Source of the DNA: Catajapyx aquilonaris
Lineage: Eukaryota
Direction of reading: 5' to 3'
Assembly: GCA_000934665.2 (NCBI GenBank)
Contig: KZ537980.1
Coordinates: 62,001-126,000, forward strand
DNA length: 64,000 bases
Shown here in pieces: positions 53,294 to 64,000 of this stretch (position 1 is its first letter; each line of letters starts with the position of its first letter). The notes beneath the pieces are model-generated. The model was not told the origin of the DNA. It saw nothing but the letters and a program-made list of their open reading frames with translations, and made no database searches. The position numbers were made by a program, and so were the translations under genes.

Positions 53294-56091
53294 TTATTTC
53301 ATAAGTGTTTCTTTGTTTACACTTTTCCATTCTCTCCACATTTTAGAACAACTCAGCATGGACAGCCTGTAGAGACGAGTAAAACTCTTCTTCTTTTTCT
53401 GGATCACTGCTCTGACACTCTTCTTCTTCCCTGTCTGGTCTTCTCCCAGGGGCTTGTACGGCTGTAAATGAATTGAAAATTAGAATACTGTCTTATTGAC
53501 CATCAGTGAAGAGTGAGTTATTCCAACTAGCTAGCATCTGCAATACTCAAAATACCCTTGGCTTCATAAATTAATTCAATGTGCCAGTAAAGGTCTCATC
53601 TATATCCATTTATCCATGTGCCTCAGTTTCAAGTATTGAATGGAATCACACGTACACATAGACATGTGTAACTAGCTGTGCATTTGCAGGTGAGATGACA
53701 TGAACTAGTAGCATTTTGTGATAACAAGATTTTTTATCAAAAAGGAAGTAAGTCAACTTATATTTGCAGGGTGAAAAGAGTGCAGCAGAGAGAAAAAAAG
53801 TGTTCATAAGCACTTATGAATACTGCCTTTTTTGCCATTTTGCAGAAATTGGATGAAAATGCACCGCAGGTCATATGCTCAGATCCACGTACCTTGTAAC
53901 CAGGTGTACACTTTTATTTCATACTCATCTCGAGCTGTGCTGCTTCATTTTGGTTGACAGAGAGAAAATTCATTACTTGCTTACCAGTTTCTGCGAAGAA
54001 TTCTCCCAGCCAAACCCTTGGCAATGCAAGGTTGTTGACAAGGTATAGAGAAGGCCCTGTCCGGTGGTGTAAATTTTTGCTGATGCATCGCAAGCGTGAG
54101 CAGACAGATTCAGGATCAAATTCATGAGTGTGACGTAGCATAAGGCCCCTGCCAATATAAACTGACCCTCTTGTGCCTCAACAACAAGAGATGCATTTTT
54201 GCAAGTGGAATCGCCTGCATCTTGCACATATCTTTAAAAATGCATTTTCCCGCCTGCATGACAACCTCATCCAAAGAGTGATGCACACTTTCCTTGATTA
54301 CGTGACTGTGTCAAGAGTGGTACACTAGTGAAACTAAACTTTGCTGAATGATTAATAAATGAGCCAAGAAGTCAGGGACTTACCACAGCTCTGTATTCAA
54401 TACCAGCCTTCTTCAGCCTCTGGTGTACCTTCTTCAGTTTGTTCAGAGCATTTCTCACAGTTCTTTGCGCTGCTTCAGGTGCCTTCATCCGATTTTGCTG
54501 AGCAATCCTGTTCTGCCGCTGTCTCTTCATGGGGTAGTCATTCCTTGTGATTTTAAACCCTTTGAAAATAGAGTCTTCCCTAATACCCTCTACACGTGAA
54601 CCTTTAAAAAAAACAGGAATAACTTCAATTAATGTGAACACCAGCTATGACGGTATGGCCCCCTTGTGTATTTGGGTGAAACATATTAAACCTGTTCTTG
54701 CTGTCTAGAGAGGACACTACTGAACACAGGGACTTGGAATTTCTACCACAGCAAAATAGTACCAATACCTACTAAAGAAAGTCTACGTGCATCCCTCGCA
54801 CGCCGCAGCAGCCAATCCAAAATGACATGAGCAGTGCCGAGCGTGCCCAACCGGGATCTGTGAATTGTTAACCCATTTCTGATGGCCAAGAGCAATAGAC
54901 CTGCGTAAATCCATTGAAGGATGCTTACAGTGTGCTCTGCCGGCTGTGTGGCAAGGACTACCGTTGTTAAATGGGTCAGGATTCGAAGATGGCAGATAAT
55001 TCACTGCTGACCTTCCCTGACAAGGCCAGGCTCTCGGCCCACAATCACACCTGCCATCATTACACATGTGGATAGCTAATAAGGGGGAATTGTGGGTACA
55101 TCTGGCTCATTTAGATGCACCGTACACCGTAAGCATAGATTTCCACGGGTCGATGGCCCTTGGCCATCAATAATCGAAAAACATTTAGCTGATCCTGCAT
55201 GGTCACACTCGACATGATGCACGTCATCTTGGATTGGCTGCTGCGGGATGCACGCGCCAACTCTTACTTACGCATTTAGAAAGTAATGCTACTATCTTGC
55301 TGTGGTAGAAATTCCAAGTCCCTGCATTCAGTAGTATCCTCTATAGATGCCAAGAATGGGTTTCATTTGATTCACCTAATATTATGTATTTACGGAAAAG
55401 TCCCCATATTTGGATATGAAACTCCAGATGCCATGTTACAGAGTACTTACATTTCAAGATTCTGTCATACATGAGCACATTATTCATCGTCTCCTTGGCA
55501 ATCTCAGCAACTTCTTCATCCGCAAACTCAACAAATGCATACCCCTTGCTTTGTCCAGTCTGCAAAGAAATGTCCGGAATTATTATAATATCGGCCCAAT
55601 TACTAGCACGGACCTGAAGCACATGCATATCAATGTTGATAATTGTTCAAAATTGTAACAATCACCTTGTGGCTCCGAGCAACCTTAACCCGCGTAACCC
55701 TTCCAAACTGGCCGAAGTAGCCCTTCAGCTCCTCTTCAAACAAGCCAAACGGGAGACTCCCAACATACAACACTCCCTTCCCATCTTTCTTGATCACGCC
55801 TCGCACACGAGAGTGTACCTGCAAGAAAACATCCTTATAAGTAATGTTCAACGCATAAATTCAGCCACGCACACGCTGGACAGATCAGCCAGTGTTGTCT
55901 GAACCTTTGGTTTTCATGTAAGTGTACTGACCATGCGGTACAGACATGCCCTATGCGTCCTATGGTTGGTTGGTTGGTTATGCCAACGCAACTAAGGCTA
56001 TCTGGTGCATCATGTGCCCCAATCTCACCTTCCCGTTCTGGACCCTCTTCCTGAAGCCCAGGACACGCTTCTTCGCACCAGTCAGCTTCAT
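53294..56091 (-). CDS. NIFK: RRM nucleolar protein, NIFK/Nop15-like (ribosome biogenesis); 3' exon assignment uncertain
   Basis: Exon 1 MKLTGAKKRVLGFRKRVQNGK (56091-56029). RRM with RNP2 [39 protein letters not shown] (RNP1), VAEIAKETMNNVLMYDRILKC, then basic helical tail KLKKVHQRLKKAGIEY. Last exon 53461-53294 inferred from a phase-0 join and an AATAAA ~60 nt downstream. Confidence 0.8.
54786..55254. mobile_element. MITE/foldback-like element with ~130-bp imperfect terminal inverted repeats, in a NIFK intron
   Basis: Left CGTGCATCCC..GCAGCAGCCAATCCAAAATGAC...TGATGGCCAAGAGCAATAGACC versus reverse complement of right CGTGCATCCCGCAGCAGCCAATCCAAGATGAC...TGATGGCCAAGGGCCATCGACC. No coding capacity; no clear target-site duplication. 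Confidence 0.7.
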
Positions 56092-56333
56092 TTCTGAAGG
56101 ATAATTCAGTCCAACACGTGCTTTGCCACCAACCGACTTCTTCAGGCCTTGTTTGGTTCAATCAAAGGAACGGACGGACACCAAGCGGAGGAACACAAAA
56201 GGAAGGAACGGACCAAGCGGAGGGGGGGAAGTTTGAATAATTAGTTCGGGTCATAAACGCCACATGTTTACTCAAAAAAATAGGGGTTTAAATATTGCAC
56301 ATTACAGTTCAGATCGTTCTATGTGCTTAGGAA

Positions 56334-59300
56334 CTACCAGACGCTGCATTTTTTCTCGGGATTCATCGGTGAGCCTTGGGGACAGCTGAAATCTTGGGCG
56401 AATTCTGGCATGTTGGAGACTGTTCCGAGGACTCTGAACTTTCCTGGAGGATGCTCGTCGTACAGGATGGAGTTGATCAGGCTCTTGTTCTGTTGGATGT
56501 TGCACCAGAGAGAGGCGAAGCTTATCCAGAACAGCTGGTTTTGGGTGTAAGGCAATCCAGGAAGAAGCTTCTCCGGTCCGCTCTCAGACACCCAAGTGTT
56601 GTATGCTCTGTAAGCCTCTTTGACACCTCCGTTGTCGGCCACATTTTCTCCTTGAGTCAACACTCCGTTTATCTACATACACACACAAAATTGACTTTAA
56701 TTGCGTTTCGTAAAATATGACTGCATTGCTTACCGGTATGTCCATTGAAGTGTAGTTATCATACTCCCGTATCATGCACTGAATCTTGTCAGTGTAGCGT
56801 TTCCTGGTGCTTTCTTTCCACCATGACCTGAGGTTTCCGTCCTGATCAAATTGGGATCCTTGGTCATCAAAGCCGTGAGTTATCTCGTGGCCTATCAGGC
56901 TTCCAAACAGTCCGTAGTTCATGTAACGTGGACTTTCGTCGGAGAAAAACGTGTCCTGCAGGATGCCGGCAGGAATTTCTGGCCAAATATTTTGAAAATA
57001 GCGTCATTGTGATATGTTGCTTAATAATTTAACCACTGATGCATAATGAAGACATTTCTATACCTATGCTATTCTCGCTCCATATATAATAGGTGTTAAC
57101 ATCGATGACTTCCGTGTGCGCAGTCCAACTTGTCATATTAGCCTCTACAGACAAACTGCTGAATATACTTTCCGTCTCGTCCTGCTCCATGGTTAATGTG
57201 TTTGCAAAAAACGTGTCTGGCTTGATATCAACCTTATGCAGTGAATATTCCGGTCACAGTTACACGATGGGACAAACAATACAGCTTAAGTCTGATTTGG
57301 GTTGAAGCGAAAAATATTAATAACATTACCTCCTCGTAGTACTCATTGATAAGAGAGATATTCAGTAATTCGGCAGGATATGCAATATGAGTTTTCATTT
57401 TCTGCACTTTTTCTTTAGCTTCTCTCCTGCAGAGTAAATCGTTTAGGTTTGGTTTATTAATCTCTTATGAGTACAATGACATGCATCATTAAGAATAAAA
57501 AATATGATTACTTGGTGTCCGGATCCATCCACGGAATTTCATCTAAAATCTTCGTAAATTCTTCACGAATCCTTCTAAACATTTCAGTTACCTCGTCTTT
57601 GTAGCTGTCGTTAAAATATCGTTGTACATAGAGAGATCCTACTCCTGCGTCGAAACTGTAAAATGCATGAAACTGAATTATACGAATTACATCTACAAGA
57701 TGAGACAAATTGCCACCAGTGCAGTGTTGTAAAAGATGACTGTCTTTCCGTCATTCAACATATTTAACTAATAATGAGCATTGGTGAATTAGATATTTTT
57801 AAATATTCTCCAAAAGGGGTGTGTCACAAGGTACTCACAGGCTCAGGGTCTCAAATAATTTTTCGTCATTTCGGAGTGTATTTTTGAACTACAGACTGTC
57901 ACGACAGCATAGAAAATGTCACTTACTATTTGTAAGTCATATCTACACAAGTCCTCCAGCGGGGTTGTTTCTCACTTGTTCCTTTGATGTTGTTCATGTA
58001 TTTGTTGGCAAGTTTTCGAGCTCGAGAGGATGTTCGAGAAATGTAATCTTCCAAAAAGTTGACCACCAAGGAATTTGCCAAAACCCTTTTGTAAAAGAGC
58101 GTAAATGACAAACCAATAAATAACAATTTCTTCACCTTACCGCTTATCAGTTGCAGAGAGTAATGAGTCTAATCTTTTCAAGTACTGCATGGATTGAACA
58201 ACAACTTTGTCCTCCAGTCCCAATGCGTCTTCTTCAGGTAAAAGAGAATTGATAAGTGACAGCCACGAAATAGATGGAATCTTTTCCTCGAGCCTTCCAA
58301 TCGGAATAAGTTGTTGCTCCGATAAATCACGAAGAGAGGAGGTTGGAGTGTAGATCTGAAATTGATGAGGACAGTCATGGTGTCACGTTAAATGAAACAC
58401 TGAAATTGCATAAAACATAGCCTACTTGGGTAATGTTAAGTTCAAATATCATAGCATCTGCCACTTCTCCTTTGATTCTGTCCGAAACATCTCCTCCCAG
58501 TAGTGTAGCAATACCGACATGGTAAACATAATCAGATGCCATGTCATCATAGTCTTTCCCAGAGAATGACAGTATGGGCTGATCAATCTGCAACACATTT
58601 CCATGACACATGGCACATTACATCTTCAGGCATGCATTACAACCTGCATGACATATCTGGTGTTGTTCCTCATGTCTTCGGAAATGTAAATGTTGAGCAA
58701 CAAAGTACTGATTCTTCCCAATAGTTTTGTTTGCAGTATAAAGTTTTGCCAGTTAAACTCGTCTCCATTCCATTCATCTCCGTATAGCAAAGGCCAACCA
58801 CCCAATTTATTAATCATGTCTAGTAATGGAGCTATTCCCACCTTCTCAATTTTTTCTGTAAATATCGAACGATTGATTATTATTATTACCCACATGTTGC
58901 TATCAAATGCAAGTACTGTTAAAAAGTTTCGAAAGAGCTATTATTGAACTGGTTTCGGACGAATGAATCCAGGCGCTATAAAAATGTCAGCACTCTGGCA
59001 AGGTGAAGGTCAAGGAAAAAAACCACCTCCACTTCCCTATAGAATGCTGGTGTCTTTATAGCTCCATAATACGATCGTCTGATGATGTTGGCCTACTTCA
59101 GTATAATACGACGTATATGATTTTTAATGCACATGCCCGTATCAACGCAGGACTTGTAGAAATTTTTTATCTTCACTTCAAACGGTGGGTCGTCTTTTTG
59201 GATGTTCTCTTCTAATAACTTCCGGACATTCTGGTTAATAGCATTCGTGGCTTCGGTAAAAATAGACACTTCTTCTTCGTCGTCAGGTATTGTATGTGTC

Positions 59301-59881
59301 TCGGAGTACCTTCCGCAGGCAAAAGAATAGAAATCGTCGCAAGGGTCCTGTCTTCTGTCCATATTTTTCAAAATTTCTGCTGCTACAATAAGGAAGGGAA
59401 AAATATTTGTATGCTTAGGACATGTTTTAGCTATAATAGATCACCATTACTATATTGTGTACTTTATGACCTCCAACATTATTCATTATCGTACCAGTTC
59501 GAACACATCTTTCACTCAGGCACAACTCATCCGAGGCTTGAAATTTTTCTTCCTGAAGCCGGCTTCCTGAAAAGTAATCAAAATAATATTAACTGATCCG
59601 GTCTGAAAGTTAAAGTACAAAATATTCCACACCTCATTAATTTATTATTGAAACACTCGCATGTAGTGTACAATATATTTCTATTACAATTATTGGACAA
59701 AATCATCACAACTACCGGTACTGCATTATGTAATACGTACTAATAAAATAATTATATTGCGTGATGTATTGTACTTACCAGGTGAATCCCTCGAAAGGCG
59801 TACAAGAGTCCTCGTAAAAACTTGTTGGGTTAGGAGCTGCAGCACTCCAAGTACGATAATTGCCTCACTAAAGACGTGCAT
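56334..59881 (-). CDS. Neprilysin-like M13 zinc metallopeptidase, paralog B, probably secreted; multi-exon
   Basis: N-terminus MHVFSEAIIVLGVLQLLTQQVFT. Motifs [60 protein letters not shown], and CPQGSPMNPEKKCSVW*. Intron positions match paralog A where checked. Confidence 0.93.
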
Positions 59882-61437
59882 GGCTGCTCCATGTCCACTT
59901 ATCCGACGTGCATACTCATTACCTCAATAAACTATCACCTGAGACAAATCCTCGCATGCGAATTTCAAATTGGTGTTTTCCGGCTCATGCACTTGTTTCA
60001 CTTCTGATGTAATAATTGTGGGAGAGTCACAATATTATTCCAGGCACGTCTATTTAAAAAATTCTGCAAACTTTAATTTCAGAAGCAGGAATTGTCACAA
60101 AATATTGTGTACTTGCAAAAAGATTGTACTGATTACGTTATTTGCACGAGATAACAATGCCTGTAGGAGCCTTTACATATGAAAACTTGTTACCAGGAGA
60201 GATGGTGCTGCCGTGCACAGTACACTTCACAGCCTACGTCAAAAGCAAAACTGAGGTGTGCATGAGACCTTGGTACACTGCTTCCCTTTACATTAATTAG
60301 CCGATTGCGTAAACTTTGTTTTTTTAAACATGCTATGAGGTAGTAACATAGGGATTGGCTATACTACTACCGGAATATGCAATATATTGCGTAACCGCTC
60401 TGCTGTAAAATAATAAGCCACGCAGTAAAATTAAATTATATGGTTCTAACGTCCGGAGACTAAAACAATGATTGTCCGACATGTAACTTTGCGTGAACAG
60501 AACAGCAGAAAATAGAATAGGTTGCATATTTTAAACTCAAACTCACCATATTGTAAACACAATCCTAATATCTAATCACTAATCAATATTATAAGAAGCG
60601 AAGGTTTCATTTCTGGTACGCCGATAATGAATCTTATTGCGAACTGTTTAGCCTAAAATATAGTTCAGTGAAAAATAGGGCAAAATAATATACTAGTTTT
60701 TATCCTACTCTGCCCCTATAAGGGACGTTTTGCTCTTTTGCTCAGGTAACATGGAAATACACCGGTATGCTATTAATATGAGTTAATTGTAATTTTAATG
60801 ACTACGGTAGTTTAAAACACCAATTATTTTATCGATTCTGCATTTTGTTTGAATATTGCTAAACATGCCACAAAAATTTCACACATAATATTTCGATCAT
60901 TTATCCCAGTTATGATTCTGGTTTGCAATATTACAGTACGTCAATAATATTATTAATGACTGTTCAAAATATAGTATTAGAATGCATCATTACAGCCCGC
61001 AATAAATGGAATGGAAATCGAAGTTACATATCGTACTTGCAGATTGAAGGTCACTTATTAATATTCTCCAAAGACATTTGTTGGACAATGTTTATTATGT
61101 CACTGATCTACAGAAGTAGCTGACTTTAGTTACATCTGATGGTTTTTTTAAATATCTAAGGGCACAAATGTTAAATATTACAGTTGTCAGGCAATACGTT
61201 ATAATATCACATGGGCAAACGCATTCTCTCAATCACATGGAAATCAATATTATCGGAAAGCCAGAGGAGTAAAATGAAATGGAATGTGTTGGAGAGATCT
61301 GGTATCATGAGGGGCGGAAAAGAATTTGCAAATAAACATAATTATATTGACAACACTTAGAATAATATTTAAATGTGGAACTTCCAGAGGAATCGCCAAA
61401 ATTAATTCCACTTCATTTTATCTTCAAATGTTCAATA

Positions 61438-63261
61438 TCACATTTCTGTCTCGCCTCGTTTAAATTGCGCCAAAATAATAAAGTAGGTTGTGATGGTCCC
61501 CAAAATCTGAAAAGTAATATCAGTGAAGACTGTATAGTGAACAAGATAGTGAAGCATACACAAACATCAAATTAATGTCTGCAGGATGCACATTTATACT
61601 TACAGAAGTGACAAGCCCAGAGGTTACCTCGAAGAAGTGAGATGCCGTGATCTGGATGGGAGGTCCCAACATCAAACGCATCATGGAATTCACCTGCGCG
61701 TTACACAATGTACACGATACTCTCGGAATAATATTATGACAACCTTCCGATATTACGTATGATAACAAACGTGACAACATCAGAAGGATTGAGTCCAAAC
61801 AATAAATTCCTGTACAATGGCAGTGTGACAATGTAGTGGACCGCTCATGGTGAACGTAGAGAATATGTTACGGTAAGAACATGCAGCCAAAATAGGAGTA
61901 TAATAATTTTTAGTTTAGGAACACATGAACATGCAACAATAAGTTTCTTACATAAACGTGGTGAGTCCATGTTGTTTCAGCAGATGTGGAGATACGAGTT
62001 AGATCCCCGATGCTCTTTGTGGTCTTGAAAATGGAGCATGAGGCCATAATTTTATTTTAAAAAACCTTTTATGCAAAAGTGCGTTTACACCAGTCGACTT
62101 CTAACACGAAATAAAAGTAACCACCTAGCAGAACTACGGTACTTTAGGACAGTCATTATTATCATAATATTTTAAAATGCAAGAAAATGTTTCAAAATTC
62201 AGCCTTATGTGCAGAGTAAATCAGCAAGTGCATTTGACTAATTAACTATCTTCATTTAAACACCACCTGTATAGACTCACCTCTGTAGGTATGCCTCCCA
62301 AAATAACGGTGACCATGACGAGCGTGACAATTTGCACACAAATGTAAACCACATTTGCCCACTTGTCGAACGTGCCTGAATTCGCCGCAGCACTGAAGGC
62401 GTAGTAATACAGCGTGGAAATAATATTCGAGAGAAAAGCTGCATAACGAACTGTTACGACGTATCCATAAATCTTTCCTATTTCTCCCGTCACTTCGTAC
62501 AGCTCGACAAAAGTTTTGCACGCTGATTTCAGCTCTTTCTCCCATCCTAATTTCTCTCCGTGTCGAGACAAAATGTGCCGGTGTAGTGCACGTACCCTTG
62601 AGTTCACCTCACGGAAATGTGCTTTTAAAGCCAGTGCAAAGAAGACCACTTGCATCATTGGTATGTTGATAATCAGGCTGCTATGGACAATCAAAAGCAC
62701 CAACGAAACATCGCCCATGTTAATATCCGCGACTGCAGCTATTTCGGTGTAAGTGCCTGTCCAAGATGCAAATGCGACGCAGGTCAAAAGGACAGCACAT
62801 GCCACTAATACGCAAGAATATTTACGCAACTTCCGGTTCGTACTTTCAACCGACAATAAACCAGGTTCAATATTGCAAAACCGGTGTATGAGCTTGGGTA
62901 CAACCCGTGACTTCGGTTGCATCAGTATGAAGGTAACAATGGGAAACAGGAGCTCTGCTGCATACATAACAGCCTCATTGCAAAGGGTCGTGCTGTCAGC
63001 GTCGTCGTACAATAAGCCCCTCCATTCTTCGGGCAGTGACACGAAGCAGCATATTACGAAGTAGGAAATAATGACAAGTGTGACAACAGCAGAGGGCCAA
63101 CGGCGACAGTGTTTGTCAAATGGTCGTCTAGAATCTGGATCTGAAGTGTACGGCGCCATTCCTCCCGCAATGGACAAGAAAGACACTGGCCTGTATGCCC
63201 ATGCAATAGACATGTCTTGTACGCTCCAAGCTTTTCTACAGCTCGTAACCGCACCTTCCAT
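61438..63261 (-). CDS. Gustatory receptor (arthropod 7TM chemoreceptor GR family); exons 63261-62281, 62023-61952, 61693-61604, 61506-61438
   Basis: Long first exon with several hydrophobic helices, then three short exons joined by phase-0 introns. Includes ITASHFFEVT and terminal ILGTITTYFIILAQF, matching the GR TM7 signature TYhhhhhQF. Confidence 0.9.
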
Positions 63262-63719
63262 GGTCAACTCGACCTGTCCACCACACTGAGGCAAAAATTA
63301 CTGCATGATTTCGTGCAAAACGATGTAAAATTGCGCAGGGCATGAAAGACTCGCTTGTTATCTTGAAGAAAACATCTCCAGTACAGACCATGAAAAGCAA
63401 ATTGACAATTTCGTGTGTACAAAGCGAATGAGGTGGTCGTCTTTTACGCCTGCCCGCATCTCATCGGCTCTTGAATGGTCAGTAATTTGGCAGGTATCAA
63501 ATATTCAATTCATCGCAGGCGGCCACAGGTGTAATACATGCCACGTGAATTTTTAAAATGTCATTGATTTATCGAAATGAGGATCACGTGGGTTTATCGC
63601 TTTTATCATTTAGGTAGGGCTTAGTATTTATAATTTATGCTGGGATTCACTGTCCAATGCTGCAATTAAAAATAGTCTCTCAGATGAAAAATGTGTGCAC
63701 CGTTTTATTCACACTGCAA

Positions 63720-63940
63720 GATCAAAGAGAACATATGACAAGACAGGCAATGGTACAAGCAAAGGAGGAAACAATACTTGAGAAACTTGAAAAATGATTA
63801 CAAAAACTTGCCAATGGTGGTCTGAAGAGACAACTGAAATATGATCAGCTCAGTCAGCTTTGCTGTAGCTCGTAGTATGATTGTGAGTGAAAATCACAGC
63901 TTTGAGGACAGTTTAAGGAACAACTATTCACCTGAATGTA
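63720..63940 (+). pseudogene. Possible degenerate M13 peptidase fragment
   Basis: Broken frames give DQ-x-RTYDKTGN ... QWWSEETT ... YDQLSQ-C ... YD ... HLN, in the order of the M13 segment after HExxH. Contains stops and frameshifts; recognised by eye only. Confidence 0.35.
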
Positions 63941-64000
63941 TTAGAATCATGCTTGTTATATATTTATTGTGATATAAAACATCAAATTCTCTCCTAACAA

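Noticed and set aside
1..64000. CRISPR arrays, tRNA/rRNA genes, and Hox-cluster miRNAs (miR-10, iab-4, miR-993)
   Set aside because: No repeat-spacer array, cloverleaf, rRNA-like stretch or matching mature miRNA was seen by eye. A covariance-model search would be needed to exclude small RNAs.

Overview
Eukaryotic (animal, most likely arthropod) genomic DNA with two very different halves. Bases 1 to ~39,400 contain no recognisable protein-coding gene: only short random ORFs, many TAAT/TAATTA sites, homopolymer tracts, a (CT)n repeat and a 122-bp palindrome. This looks like a gene desert or giant intron with regulatory character. Bases ~39,500-63,300 are a compact cluster of intron-rich genes that I spliced by hand: Ssu72 (+); then on the minus strand Lsg1, methylmalonyl-CoA mutase, a neprilysin-like M13 peptidase, a NIFK/Nop15-like RRM protein, a second M13 paralog and a gustatory receptor. 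Best-supported notable points: a textbook U12-type (minor spliceosome) GT-AG intron in Ssu72; two apparently secreted M13 paralogs with diverged substrate-binding motifs flanking an unrelated gene; a foldback element in a NIFK intron; an in-frame stop-free intron within the mutase targeting peptide; and several AAG splice acceptors. I found no convincing novel biological system. All identifications are from motif recognition, not database searches.
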